Notes: generated by a model not told the origin, from the letters alone. A stretch of DNA of 64,000 nt from an uncultured virus (IMG/VR IMGVR_UViG_3300042477_000802) (IMGVR_UViG_3300042477_000802:1-64000), one strand, 5' to 3'. Counted from the first letter of the stretch, positions 47,869-57,965 are shown. Numbers and translations are program-made.

Positions 47869-48103
47869 CAGACTCATCAACAAAATCTTCATCATCCATG
47901 GATGAAAAATCAGAATCAAAATCATCATCCTCTTCATCTTCAGCAGATAGAAGTTCTACTAACTCTCCATCATCCTCTTCACACAGACCAGTCATAATAA
48001 TAATTTGACCCCGACTATCCTTAGTCGTATGAAAACCTGATGGAAATAACTCTTCTAACGCCTCTTCAAGATCTTCTAAATTCATTTTTTCTCCTTTAAA
48101 CAA
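47855..48103 (-). CDS. small acidic protein
   Basis: Asp/Glu-rich C-terminal half. Confidence 0.65.
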   Translation of the reverse strand: MFKGEKMNLEDLEEALEELFPSGFHTTKDSRGQIIIMTGLCEEDDGELVELLSAEDEEDDDFDSDFSSMDDEDFVDESDDDH

Positions 48104-48133
48104 ATCAAATATATTTTAATTAGTATATTTCGT

Positions 48134-48463
48134 TCACTCTGAGAGAGTCTCTTCTGAATTAGTAACATCTACCTTAACATCTGGTGTGGCCGTATCTACC
48201 ACGGTTTTCGTGGTAGGTAACTTACATAAACCGCCATGAGCCCCACGCTTAATCTCAATACCAGGAAAATCCTTAAAGAGGAACAAAAGAGTAGGATACA
48301 ATTGAGGTCCTGTCATACCAATTTCTTTGCCGAGTTCCTTAGCTAACTCAGTTGCGGGAACTTTCTCTCCGGGTCGAAGGCTATCAATTTTAGCAGCCGC
48401 CTTCTCAAAAATGGGACGAAGACGCTGATTCAGAACTAACTCGATGTGTTGCTTGCTATCCAT
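48134..48463 (-). CDS. winged-helix DNA-binding-like protein
   Basis: ATELAKELG helix plus IKRGAHGGL wing. Confidence 0.6.
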   Translation of the reverse strand: MDSKQHIELVLNQRLRPIFEKAAAKIDSLRPGEKVPATELAKELGKEIGMTGPQLYPTLLFLFKDFPGIEIKRGAHGGLCKLPTTKTVVDTATPDVKVDVTNSEETLSE

Positions 48464-48492
48464 AATTTTAAATTCTCCAATTAAAAGGTAAT

Positions 48493-48528
48493 AAAAAGAC
48501 CAACCAACTTATCTCTCGTTGGTTGGTC
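48493..48528 (-). terminator. intrinsic terminator-like hairpin
   Basis: GACCAACCAAC...GTTGGTTGGTC followed by TTTTT. Confidence 0.6.
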
Positions 48529-48535
48529 GCAGTAC

Positions 48536-48567
48536 TAGGTGGTGTTAAAAAAATTTAGTCGCTGGGA
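48536..48567 (-). promoter_or_regulatory. bipartite phage promoter-like motif, copy 3
   Basis: TCCCAGCGACTAAA-N14-CCTA. Confidence 0.7.
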
Positions 48568-48580
48568 ACACCTACCCAGC

Positions 48581-48596
48581 TGGCACGAGGCTTGCA
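48581..48596 (+). promoter_or_regulatory. sigma54 (-24/-12) consensus site
   Basis: TGGCACG-AGGC-TTGCA. Confidence 0.55.
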
Positions 48597-48615
48597 AGCC
48601 GCCAGTAAAAACTAG

Positions 48616-48939
48616 TCAAACACTATTCTGATGCAACCATAATTGAGCTGCCTTTTTAGCTCGAGAAGGCGACTTGATATTATTGCTAATATCACTCATA
48701 ACTAGCTTGGTCACATCATGCATACTATACTTAAGTACCGCTGGAATAGTAACACTAAAGGGCCTTTCTACTAAACGACCCAAAGCTAAATGGCGAGCCA
48801 TCTTACGGTCAAACTTATCGTTTGGATTCAAAACTGACAACTGATAACTCAGTTGGCTAGTCTGAAAATCAAAATTAATAGCTACACATCCTACAGGATG
48901 ATTCTTAGTATCTCGCAAAAACATAATTCGGTTTGTCAT
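48616..48939 (-). CDS. hypothetical phage protein
   Basis: NPNDKFDRK..R.LALGRL motif. Confidence 0.65.
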   Translation of the reverse strand: MTNRIMFLRDTKNHPVGCVAINFDFQTSQLSYQLSVLNPNDKFDRKMARHLALGRLVERPFSVTIPAVLKYSMHDVTKLVMSDISNNIKSPSRAKKAAQLWLHQNSV

Positions 48940-48986
48940 ATTTTTTATCTTTCTATCAAGGTTAATTATTAATTGTTAAGTTAATT

Positions 48987-49466
48987 TTAATAGCATACAG
49001 CAGAATGCTGCCATCCATAATCATCTTCGCTACCATAAGTGCCCGTGACACTTTCTAAGAAGTCTGAATCCAGATCAGGATATTTTTTTGATCTGGATTT
49101 AGGATTATAATTTTGACTAATAAAAGAAATATTTGTAGAAAATGGGATGCCATATTTTTCTGAAATATTTACGGCCGCATCTAATTCCCGACAAGCATTT
49201 TCTAAATGCTCATCAATTTCTTTTAATCTCTTCATAGCTTCTAGTCTAAATTCTCTCTCGAAAAGAGAGTCTCTATTAGAGAGACGATAGTAGTCCTCTT
49301 CAGAGGAAGAGCCATCAGTCCATGATACTAAAAATTTTTCTCCTACTAATTCGGTTACTTGACCATCCATAATAGAATTATCTTTTATTTTTTGTACTAA
49401 ATCTCCAACTTTAAATTTTTTCATAATCTTATTGACGTTACTCCTATGATTGAGCCCGGTCTTCAA
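48987..49466 (-). CDS. hypothetical phage protein
   Basis: FKVGDLV SH3-like start; GWQHSAVC end. Confidence 0.65.
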   Translation of the reverse strand: MKTGLNHRSNVNKIMKKFKVGDLVQKIKDNSIMDGQVTELVGEKFLVSWTDGSSSEEDYYRLSNRDSLFEREFRLEAMKRLKEIDEHLENACRELDAAVNISEKYGIPFSTNISFISQNYNPKSRSKKYPDLDSDFLESVTGTYGSEDDYGWQHSAVCY

Positions 49467-49773
49467 TCTCTTCCAATAAAGATTGAACTTCAGGCTCTGT
49501 TAATTTATCTAACCAATCTTCTCCATTTTCATTTTCAACCGAAAGAATTTCGGTATCTGATTCACTAGGATAACAATATTCTGGTGGACCATAATATTGT
49601 CCAGGATGATAGTATGATCTGCCTTCAACTTTTAATTTGATAGTTTTAAACTCAACATCTTCTGACTCTTCTAAAGAATTAGAAAATACTTGAGTTTTTG
49701 GATCGAATAATCTTTCTAATTCAAATTCAAAAAATACTGTTTCGTTATACGGATCACTCATAAAATTTCGCAT
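49444..49773 (-). CDS. hypothetical phage protein
   Basis: YGPPEYCYP motif. Confidence 0.65.
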   Translation of the reverse strand: MRNFMSDPYNETVFFEFELERLFDPKTQVFSNSLEESEDVEFKTIKLKVEGRSYYHPGQYYGPPEYCYPSESDTEILSVENENGEDWLDKLTEPEVQSLLEEIEDRAQS

Positions 49774-50894
49774 CTAGTAAGAATTGTTTCTTTAATGGAT
49801 TTGAATTCTTGGTGAGCCTTGACTGTGGCTTTAATTTGGTATTGCTGCCCCTCTTGCAAATCTTTAGAGGTAGAGGTTAACCATACTAAAATGTTACCAG
49901 CAGGGTCATGAAAAATATATTTATTGGTCCAACCATAATTTCCAGAAAACCCGGTCACCTTTTTAAGGTTGAGAGTAAAAACACTTCTATCATTTACTAA
50001 TCCAACAAATTGAGATTCTTTTTTAAACTGTAACTGTTTAACTTGACGTAAATATGAAGAAATAATACTAACACTATATCCAATAGTTCTAACTCCAACC
50101 ATTCCAGAACGAGCAATGGCTCTAATGTTATAGAGATAATCAGAGTTTTCTACTTCTTCATCAGACAGATTTTCTACCCAATTAATAGCTTGTTCTGCTA
50201 ACTCTCGATCTTCAGTCGACACCGGAAATAAACCATAAGTGCTATCTTGTAATAGATTATATTCTACTACGGTAGCCGTAGCTAGTTTTCCAGTTTCTTT
50301 AGCTTCAGTCTTAGACATCCATCCACATTCTCTAATACAAGCTGCCGCTTGCGCTAAGACATGGTTTAAATAATAAATGCCTTCATTATTTTCAAAATTA
50401 TTGTGACGAGCACCTTCCATAAAGGAAATTAATTCGCCGACCAAGGCAGCTTGCTGCAAGATATTATCAGGAGAATTTCCTCCTAGAAAATCTTTAATAC
50501 AAGAAGATCCTACTTGCAATGCCTCACAAGTAGCATCATGTCGTACAACGTAAGTATCTTTGCGATATCTTTTAACATTACAATGTTCGCAAGCGCTACC
50601 GGAAGTACGATATTGAAGAGGAATTTCATAATCATTAGTAATGGCTCTAATGATATTTTCTCCGGTAGGAAGATGCTGTAAGGTAGCAATAAACTCCCAA
50701 CCATCATAAGACACTTGAAAAGGTCCAGTTAATTCGCAAGGCAAGCATAGTTTATCTTGCTCTAAGAATGCTTTACCCCAGGTAATGGAAACGGGCTCCA
50801 GTTTTAATTTTAGAGCCCGCTTATTTAATTTCTCAATTTTTTGCTCCACGATGCTTTGGTTAGCGACCGGGACAATAAAAGAACGTGTAGTCAT
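49758..50894 (-). CDS. conserved phage protein with Zn site and probable C-terminal OB fold
   Basis: CEHC..RYRK...VGSSC..DF; ATVKAH...ET.LTR. Confidence 0.7.
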   Translation of the reverse strand: MTTRSFIVPVANQSIVEQKIEKLNKRALKLKLEPVSITWGKAFLEQDKLCLPCELTGPFQVSYDGWEFIATLQHLPTGENIIRAITNDYEIPLQYRTSGSACEHCNVKRYRKDTYVVRHDATCEALQVGSSCIKDFLGGNSPDNILQQAALVGELISFMEGARHNNFENNEGIYYLNHVLAQAAACIRECGWMSKTEAKETGKLATATVVEYNLLQDSTYGLFPVSTEDRELAEQAINWVENLSDEEVENSDYLYNIRAIARSGMVGVRTIGYSVSIISSYLRQVKQLQFKKESQFVGLVNDRSVFTLNLKKVTGFSGNYGWTNKYIFHDPAGNILVWLTSTSKDLQEGQQYQIKATVKAHQEFKSIKETILTRCEIL

Positions 50895-50940
50895 TATGTC
50901 TGGTTTCCTAAATTAATCTTAACTCCGCTGCATTCCTACT

Positions 50941-50972
50941 TAGGGAGCAGCGAAAAAATTTAGTCGCTGGGA
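50941..50972 (-). promoter_or_regulatory. bipartite phage promoter-like motif, copy 4
   Basis: TCCCAGCGACTAAA-N14-CCTA; adjacent minus-strand sigma54-like TGGCACG-TTTC-TTGCC at 50978-50993. Confidence 0.7.
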
Positions 50973-51034
50973 GCGGTGGCAAGAAACGTGCCAAGATTGT
51001 TGGCGTCAAATTAACTCTAATCCTAGATTAATAG

Positions 51035-51349
51035 TTAACATGTTTCCTCTTGGTCATTGACCAAGTAAGTCACATATTCTCGTTCTTTACTTACTGCTGG
51101 ATTAATTAGGATTTCGTAATAAATAGTATTCTTATCAGAATTAATTCCTTCAAATTCTCTCTCAGCCAAAATGACAAAACCCATTGTTCCAATCATCCAA
51201 CGATCAACATCAGTTGATAATTTATTAATATAATCTAAAATTGTTTGACGAATCTCTTCGTCTTTACCTAGAAAAGATGTATTATGTTTTGATAAAAATT
51301 TAACCGCCGCCTCTAATTCAGCTTTTGAATAATTAATTTCAATTTCCAT
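51035..51349 (-). CDS. hypothetical protein
   Basis: ORF track. Confidence 0.6.
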   Translation of the reverse strand: MEIEINYSKAELEAAVKFLSKHNTSFLGKDEEIRQTILDYINKLSTDVDRWMIGTMGFVILAEREFEGINSDKNTIYYEILINPAVSKEREYVTYLVNDQEETC

Positions 51350-51557
51350 CTGAATGGTCTTTCAATTTTTTCTGAAAATCTTCCCAACAAGAATCACAAG
51401 CCCAAGTTTGATAAGCTCCCAATTTCATTTGTTGACCAGCTAATGCGGTAGGATAAGTAATCCATCTTATAGTACTAGGCTTACAACAAGTATATTCTTG
51501 CCCATGACAAGGATGATGTGATTGATTTTCAATATATCCGCAACGACAAGCTGTCAT
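51339..51557 (-). CDS. small Cys-rich protein
   Basis: CRC, HPCH, CC, CDSC. Confidence 0.6.
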   Translation of the reverse strand: MTACRCGYIENQSHHPCHGQEYTCCKPSTIRWITYPTALAGQQMKLGAYQTWACDSCWEDFQKKLKDHSDGN

Positions 51558-51742
51558 TGAAAAGTGACCTTTACTACTTTATCATGATCAATTTCAACAC
51601 AAACCCGATCAGATCTAGTATCTTCAGGATAATCAAAATATGATTTATCATTGATTCTAATCAATCTGAAAATTAGATTTTGTTGCTCTGCTTTATTTTG
51701 TGCCGCCTTTTTTGTTAATCCTAAATAATCTTCGCTTTTCAT
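51554..51742 (-). CDS. hypothetical small protein
   Basis: YLGL...A...D.R.DRV pattern. Confidence 0.55.
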   Translation of the reverse strand: MKSEDYLGLTKKAAQNKAEQQNLIFRLIRINDKSYFDYPEDTRSDRVCVEIDHDKVVKVTFQ

Positions 51743-51752
51743 TTTTTTCCTT

Positions 51753-52835
51753 TCACTTTAACAAATTGTATCCTTGACCAATTATTTTTAATTGTAATCT
51801 GCCATTAAGTCGTGGCTCAAATCTCTCATGAAGAGGAACTATTACGGCGCCTTCTCTAACATGTTTAGAGTTAAGAGTAGACATTCCTTCGGCAAATTGA
51901 TAGGCGTGCTCTTTTCCTAACCAGGGGCCACGATATAATTCTGGAGCCGGAGACAATTCCAGTTGATTGATTTTATCAACTCTTTCTTGATAATCTAAAT
52001 ACCTATTATTATGAGCATCATAAACATCAAAGAAATGAACTGTAGTATGTAATTTACCATCTTTAATACTAGAATCATATCTAAATCCTTTGACTTGTCC
52101 AATAGCCTCTCCAAAGAAGACTAGTTTGGGAAACTTAGATAGTTTTTCTTCTAAATTATACCTGAGAGCAAGATCCCACCACATATCATCCGGGTCTAAT
52201 TTTTTATAAAAATTTCTAGATTTAACCCATAAACGCTGACCATCATAGCAAAAAGCTGCATTACTTCCATGTAATTTTTCTGTAATGGTAATCTCTTCTT
52301 GAGGACGAAAACAATTAATATACTTCCGAATTCCTTCAATATCATAATAAGGAATGGCCCAGTTAGTTGGAGGTTTCTCAGCATTACTATTTTTAAATTT
52401 AGTAATATTCTCTTCTTCCTCTTCTACTACCTTTTTTAGGTTAAGGACTTCTACTAGAGAATCTCCTTCTTGTAGGTGAGGTGGGGCTGGAACTAACATT
52501 CCCTGAGAATAAACATTTCTAATTTTCTTAGCTTTAATTACTCGATTCTTTTCTGGAACAGAGCCAAGAGGATATTTCATCCCATTGGGTCGAGTTTTAA
52601 TTTCTCCATTTTCTTCATATTTCTCTATATTTTTAGGAGATAGAAAATAGAATTGTTCTGTATCTGGAACAATAGTATCGATAGCAATATAACCTACTAA
52701 TTGGTTGAGATGGTAGTCTTCTGTTTTTACCACGACTGGATAGTCGGACATTACGGTGGCAATAGAGAGACTATCTGCATTAGGATGTTTTTCTAACTTT
52801 TCTATTCGACAAACTTGACAATTCCAATCTGACAT
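51753..52835 (-). CDS. RNA ligase (DRB0094/Rnl2-like, N-terminal OB domain)
   Basis: HPNADSL, SQG, TEKLHGSN (motif I), FGE, FDV, REG.V, LK. Confidence 0.88.
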   Translation of the reverse strand: MSDWNCQVCRIEKLEKHPNADSLSIATVMSDYPVVVKTEDYHLNQLVGYIAIDTIVPDTEQFYFLSPKNIEKYEENGEIKTRPNGMKYPLGSVPEKNRVIKAKKIRNVYSQGMLVPAPPHLQEGDSLVEVLNLKKVVEEEEENITKFKNSNAEKPPTNWAIPYYDIEGIRKYINCFRPQEEITITEKLHGSNAAFCYDGQRLWVKSRNFYKKLDPDDMWWDLALRYNLEEKLSKFPKLVFFGEAIGQVKGFRYDSSIKDGKLHTTVHFFDVYDAHNNRYLDYQERVDKINQLELSPAPELYRGPWLGKEHAYQFAEGMSTLNSKHVREGAVIVPLHERFEPRLNGRLQLKIIGQGYNLLK

Positions 52836-53034
52836 AATTCACCTGTATCGCAAAATTTACCCACGTTGCACTTACTAAGTAATTTTAAATATTTATTATT
52901 TAATTTCGTTATGATATAAAGTTACTAAATAATTATTAGCGTCTATACAATTTATCTTTACGGTTTTATATTCAGTATTTATTTCAATACTTAATACAGT
53001 TAATAGTTGATTATCTTTCTTACTAAGAACTGAA

Positions 53035-53394
53035 TCATGAGAGTGAAGTCTCTTGGCGTCTAGATATTTCACGTTTTAATTCCAATCCAGGGTGATTAAC
53101 TATTTCAGTTAATGATTCTTTATAAGAAAAAACTTGGTCTTCAGTGGCAGATATTTTTCTTTTTAATTCTTCTATTAGAATATTATATAAAGATTGAGCC
53201 GCATTCAAATGCGACTCTGAATAAAATTCTTTTGTGTCGCATTTAATATGCCAGGGCTTGGATATTCCCAATTCGTAACCTTTATAGGTTATAAAAACTT
53301 CCGATTCTTTTTTAGAAATAGCCTTGGTTAATTTTTTAATGTCAACGATATATTGCTCAAAATCCATATATTTAAAATTTAAATAAATCTCCAA
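53035..53394 (-). CDS. hypothetical protein
   Basis: ORF track. Confidence 0.6.
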   Translation of the reverse strand: MEIYLNFKYMDFEQYIVDIKKLTKAISKKESEVFITYKGYELGISKPWHIKCDTKEFYSESHLNAAQSLYNILIEELKRKISATEDQVFSYKESLTEIVNHPGLELKREISRRQETSLS

Positions 53395-53575
53395 CCACTA
53401 AACATTCTACATTAAAACCTTCCCAGGAGGTTGGAACTATTTTTTTATCTTTTTCTGTAGCTACTCTGACAGCAATAGTTGTCACGCTAGAAATTCCTAC
53501 ACCTTTTAGGTTATCTCCTAGTAATGGAACTAAATGATTTTTTAATTTATTCTTTGCTTGTTTTAAAGTTAACAT
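53372..53575 (-). CDS. hypothetical protein
   Basis: AAGGA RBS. Confidence 0.6.
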   Translation of the reverse strand: MLTLKQAKNKLKNHLVPLLGDNLKGVGISSVTTIAVRVATEKDKKIVPTSWEGFNVECLVVGDLFKF

Positions 53576-53587
53576 AACATCCTTTTA

Positions 53588-53977
53588 TTACCATAAAGCT
53601 TTCAACTTAACTAAACGCCGATATTCTTCTTCTGATTCTATTTCTTCATTTTGAAGAAACCAGTTTTTCTCTCCATAGAAATACTCTATAGCTGGACCAT
53701 CTTCTCGATGGCGTTGACCATGACGCCACCATTCTTTACTGCTATCAGACCATTCTACAGCTGGGCCGTCTTCTCGATGTAATTTATTATTATAATACCA
53801 TTTTTTACTACTACCAATCCATACTACGGCTGGACCATCTTCTCGATGGCGTTGATCATGACGCCACCATTCTTTAGATCCATCACTATATTCTACCGCT
53901 GGACCATCTTCTCGATGTAATTGACTATTATAATGGTAGCTTTTAGTTCCTTCTTTATCTATTTTAATTTCTTGCAT
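53588..53977 (-). CDS. HREDGPA-repeat family protein (cluster H)
   Basis: 4 repeats. Confidence 0.9.
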   Translation of the reverse strand: MQEIKIDKEGTKSYHYNSQLHREDGPAVEYSDGSKEWWRHDQRHREDGPAVVWIGSSKKWYYNNKLHREDGPAVEWSDSSKEWWRHGQRHREDGPAIEYFYGEKNWFLQNEEIESEEEYRRLVKLKALW

Positions 53978-53981
53978 ATCT

Positions 53982-54299
53982 TTACCATAAAGCTTTTAAT
54001 TTAACTAAACGCCAATATTCTTCTTCTATATATCCTATACCTTGAAGGTACCATCTTTTAGATCCATTAGCTTTTTCTACTGCTGGACCATCTTCTCGAT
54101 GACATTTACCATAAAGATACCACCATTTATCTCCATTAGGATCTTCTATAGCTGGTCCAGCTTCTCGATGTAGTTGGCCATGAAGATACCATTTTTTACT
54201 TCCATCAGCCCATTCTATGGCTGGACCATCGTCTCGATGCAATTTACCATTCCAATAATAAAATTTATTTCCAAATTCGTCTTCTTTAATTTCTTGCAT
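53982..54299 (-). CDS. HREDGPA-repeat family protein (cluster H)
   Basis: 3 repeats. Confidence 0.9.
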   Translation of the reverse strand: MQEIKEDEFGNKFYYWNGKLHRDDGPAIEWADGSKKWYLHGQLHREAGPAIEDPNGDKWWYLYGKCHREDGPAVEKANGSKRWYLQGIGYIEEEYWRLVKLKALW

Positions 54300-54302
54300 A
54301 TT

Positions 54303-54749
54303 TTACCATAAAGATTTTAATTTAACCATCCGCCAATATTCTGCTTCGGAATATTTTTTATTTTGAATCCAAAATTCTTTATCTCCATTATGATGTTGAA
54401 CAGCTGGCCCATCTTCTCGATGGCGAAGACCAAAATAATACCAGGCGGTATAATTGCGTTTCTTATCAATAAGAGCTGGACCATTTGATCTATGCAATTG
54501 TCCTTGAAACCACCATTGTTTTTCTCCACTAGCATATTCTATGGCCGGCCCATCTTCTCGATGAATCTCTCCATAGCGAAACCAAGCTTTATCACCATTC
54601 AAATATAGGATAGCGGGACCATCTTCTCGATGAATTAGATTATCATAATAGTAACAAAATTTACCAAAAATAGGATCTTTAATTATTTCAATGTGTCGGT
54701 CGAGACGTAAATAAATATCGCCCAATTTATTATTTTTATATTTTACCAT
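54303..54749 (-). CDS. HREDGPA-repeat family protein (cluster H)
   Basis: 4 repeats; MVK start. Confidence 0.88.
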   Translation of the reverse strand: MVKYKNNKLGDIYLRLDRHIEIIKDPIFGKFCYYYDNLIHREDGPAILYLNGDKAWFRYGEIHREDGPAIEYASGEKQWWFQGQLHRSNGPALIDKKRNYTAWYYFGLRHREDGPAVQHHNGDKEFWIQNKKYSEAEYWRMVKLKSLW

Positions 54750-55129
54750 AAAGCTTTTAGCTTAACTAAACGCCAATATTCTTTTTCTGTATATTTTTTA
54801 CTATAAATCCAATATTCTTTATTTCCAGTACAATACTCTATGGCTGGACCATCCGCTCGATGTAATTGTTGATAACAATACCAATATTTGGTTCCATCAG
54901 CAAATTCTATGGCCGGACCATCAACTCGATGGAGTTGACCATGATGGTACCAATATTTGGTACCTTCAATATATTCTGCTGCTGGACCATCTTCTCGATG
55001 TAAGATATCTTGAATCCACCATTCTTTAGAGCCGTCATCCCATTCTACTGCCGGACCATCTTCTCGATGCAACTTACCATTCCAATAATATCTTATAGTG
55101 CCAAATTCACTTATCTTAATTTCTCGCAT
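54743..55129 (-). CDS. HREDGPA-repeat family protein (cluster H)
   Basis: 4 repeats. Confidence 0.9.
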   Translation of the reverse strand: MREIKISEFGTIRYYWNGKLHREDGPAVEWDDGSKEWWIQDILHREDGPAAEYIEGTKYWYHHGQLHRVDGPAIEFADGTKYWYCYQQLHRADGPAIEYCTGNKEYWIYSKKYTEKEYWRLVKLKALW

Positions 55130-55132
55130 AAT

Positions 55133-55621
55133 TTACCATAAAGCTTGCAATTTTAACCATCTTTTAAATTGCTTAGTAGATTTAACGGGAATAAATTTCC
55201 CATGATAATACCATTGTTTGGCACCTTTAACTGGATGCACAGCCGGACCATCTTCTCGATGGCATTTGCCATGAAGCCACCATTCTTTAGTTCCAGAAAT
55301 AAATTCTGCTGCTGGACCATCTTCTCGATGTTTTTGACCATGAAACCACCAAAACTTATTTCCATTAGCAGCCTCAACAGCTGGACCATCTTCTCGATGT
55401 CTTTTACCATAACAATACCAATATTTAGATCCGCAAGCAAATTCTACTGCAGGACCATTTTCTCGATGTAATTTACCATAAAGATACCATTCTTTATTTC
55501 CATTAGGATATTCTACTGCTGGCCCTTTTACTCGATGTAATTTGTTATTTCTATAATGTTTTATAACTCCGTCTTTACTTTTTTTTCTTTTATAGATTGG
55601 TTTATTTTTTGTGGTGGTCAT
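55133..55621 (-). CDS. HREDGPA-repeat family protein (cluster H)
   Basis: 5 repeats. Confidence 0.9.
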   Translation of the reverse strand: MTTTKNKPIYKRKKSKDGVIKHYRNNKLHRVKGPAVEYPNGNKEWYLYGKLHRENGPAVEFACGSKYWYCYGKRHREDGPAVEAANGNKFWWFHGQKHREDGPAAEFISGTKEWWLHGKCHREDGPAVHPVKGAKQWYYHGKFIPVKSTKQFKRWLKLQALW

Positions 55622-55628
55622 TTTAATT

Positions 55629-56048
55629 TTACCAAAAGTTTTTTAACTTAATTAATCTCCAATATTCTTCTTCTGAAGGAATAAGAACATTATTCAACCA
55701 AAACTCTTTATATCCATCCGAACATTCTACAGCCGGACCATTTTCTCGATGCCGCATATCATGGAGATACCATTCGTAAATCTTAATTGTTCCATCAATA
55801 GTACTCTCTATGGCCGGGCCATTCTCTCGATGTAAAGCCCCATGGTAATACCACTCAATATCTCCATTTACATGAAATACTGCGGGACCATTTTCTCGAT
55901 GTCTCTTACCATTAAGATACCAAGCTTGATGCCCATTATCACCTTCTATTGAAGGCCATTCTACTGCCGGTCCATCTTCTCGGTGTAATTCATTATTCTT
56001 AGTATATTTAATATATCCGATAGGGTCTTGTATAATTTTAATTGACAT
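55629..56048 (-). CDS. HREDGPA-repeat family protein (cluster H)
   Basis: 4 repeats; KLKNFW tail. Confidence 0.88.
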   Translation of the reverse strand: MSIKIIQDPIGYIKYTKNNELHREDGPAVEWPSIEGDNGHQAWYLNGKRHRENGPAVFHVNGDIEWYYHGALHRENGPAIESTIDGTIKIYEWYLHDMRHRENGPAVECSDGYKEFWLNNVLIPSEEEYWRLIKLKNFW

Positions 56049-56063
56049 TTGCTACTCTTCATC

Positions 56064-56315
56064 CTAAAGATGATCGAACATCTCATCAAAAGCTAAAGTT
56101 AACTTATTTAATAGATCCTTAGCGTTAATATCATTGACTAAATGTTTCTCTATCTTAGAGAAAGAGATAGTAAGCTTTGCAGACCCCCACATATTAGAAT
56201 CTTCAGCAAGATTTCCGAATCTCTTTAATAAAGATAAACCTTCTGTATCCTTACTTAAGTATTTTTCTAATTCTGCATAACACATTAAAAAAGAACGAGA
56301 CCACTTAAAATTCAT
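56064..56315 (-). CDS. hypothetical protein
   Basis: ORF track. Confidence 0.55.
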   Translation of the reverse strand: MNFKWSRSFLMCYAELEKYLSKDTEGLSLLKRFGNLAEDSNMWGSAKLTISFSKIEKHLVNDINAKDLLNKLTLAFDEMFDHL

Positions 56316-56317
56316 TT

Positions 56318-57244
56318 TTAACCTTTAGTAATAAATGGCTTTACTAAGCCAGTAGTAATTCCATGTTGAATTTTATCCCAAAAATACACCGGATACATTT
56401 TCAAAATGTCTAAGGCATTCTCATAAGCAAATTCACGAAACCAACCGCTGGTAATAGAAGTACATACTTTACTTAACGCAAACCTCCAAGCATATTCTGG
56501 CGACCAAACTCCAGGATGCGGAATCAAAGATCGTTCTGCGGCTAAAACACAAGCCTCCTCAATTACTCCAGCTAATTGAATCTCTCTCGAACATTGGAAA
56601 AATTTCTTTTTATCAGACTTAACCTCTTCTCCATCCTTCATATAAGATAGATAAGCCGGCTGACCATATAAAGCCACTGCCTGATGCAAAGTATCATGAT
56701 CAAATTTATAGTCAATATGATCATCCTTAAAGAAGTTATCCTTAGATACATTCAATTTAGGATGAGAATAATTGTATGTTTCTCGCTCTCGAACTTTAAG
56801 AAAATCTTGGAAAGCTTCCTTGACCTTAGCTCCAGCGAATTTCATTCGATGATAATCTAATAAGGTTTTCCAAAAATATGGACTATTCTTTAGATATCTA
56901 TGAGAACACTTAAGGGTAAACAACAAATCTAAAGAAAGAACTTTACCAAATGAAGTCTCCATCGTCTCAGGATCATTATTGACTAAATCTACTAACATTT
57001 GAGTAGAGGGTTGTTGACCCACAATTTCAAATTCACAATTAACTAAACCTTCTACAATTTGTTTATTGTGGATAGAATAAATTTTATTGGGAGCAACTTT
57101 CTTTTCATTATTATTTAACCATTGAGTAAATTCTTCTTCTGAACAAACAAAATCAAAATCTACTGGTTTTTTAGTCAGTAGATAAGGCGCCCGTAAAGCT
57201 AAAGCTCGACTACCAATCAGAATCATATTAACTTTTTTCTTCAA
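56318..57244 (-). CDS. phage protein with nucleotidyltransferase-like N-terminus
   Basis: LIGSRAL...DFDF; K.SH; HD.LH; EEA.V.A.ER; TSITSGWF. Confidence 0.65.
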   Translation of the reverse strand: MKKKVNMILIGSRALALRAPYLLTKKPVDFDFVCSEEEFTQWLNNNEKKVAPNKIYSIHNKQIVEGLVNCEFEIVGQQPSTQMLVDLVNNDPETMETSFGKVLSLDLLFTLKCSHRYLKNSPYFWKTLLDYHRMKFAGAKVKEAFQDFLKVRERETYNYSHPKLNVSKDNFFKDDHIDYKFDHDTLHQAVALYGQPAYLSYMKDGEEVKSDKKKFFQCSREIQLAGVIEEACVLAAERSLIPHPGVWSPEYAWRFALSKVCTSITSGWFREFAYENALDILKMYPVYFWDKIQHGITTGLVKPFITKG

Positions 57245-57746
57245 GAAAAATACCAGCTACTAAACCCATAGGAGTTTCAATGGCCCAATCAGCCACCAAG
57301 TCAACTGCACTATCATCTTCAAAAGTAAGAGTTACTACATTAACCGAAGGTTGACTAATATGTTTAATTGTTTTCCCGATTAAATCAGTTTCTTTAATTT
57401 GTCGCATAGTAAATTATAGTGTTGTTCTATATTTTTATTATTAAAATACTGAATAGAAATTTTATTTGTTTCCAACAAATCCATTAAAGAATTAAGATAT
57501 TGTGTGACTTCACTTAAAGAAGTGTCAAGGCACTTGATTTTATCTTCTATTTCTTGATGGAGCTGTTGACGATGCCAATCATCGTACGATGATAATTTAG
57601 ATAATGGTAGGTCTAAAAATTTTCCAGCCGCATCCTGACACAGAACCATATCTTTTAAATTAGGAAGATCCATTATTGTGTAAATGGTATCAGTAGCATC
57701 AGATAAATAAACTTTCAATCCGATTGAAATTTTATTTTTATCCATA

Positions 57747-57965
57747 TTAATAACTACAACCAGAAGGTGTCCAGGCTTCTGAAGAAGAATACCACTCTTC
57801 ATCTGAAGAAGATGATGGAAAATAAATTCTCTCAGAAATCATATTCTGCAAGATACTTGCATCTTTAGATGAAAGCTGAGAAGATTTTTGCAAGTCATTT
57901 ACTTTAGCTCGCATCTCTTCGACTAACTTAGTAAATTCTAATTCTAAATCGGTGGCTTGATCCAT
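57747..57965 (-). CDS. hypothetical protein
   Basis: W.SS..W..S.C end typical of small phage proteins. Confidence 0.6.
   Translation of the reverse strand: MDQATDLELEFTKLVEEMRAKVNDLQKSSQLSSKDASILQNMISERIYFPSSSSDEEWYSSSEAWTPSGCSY

Noticed and set aside
940..55471. Many plus-strand ORFs with repeated 'WTIFSM' motifs
   Set aside because: Antisense shadows of the HREDGPA repeats; no independent coding evidence
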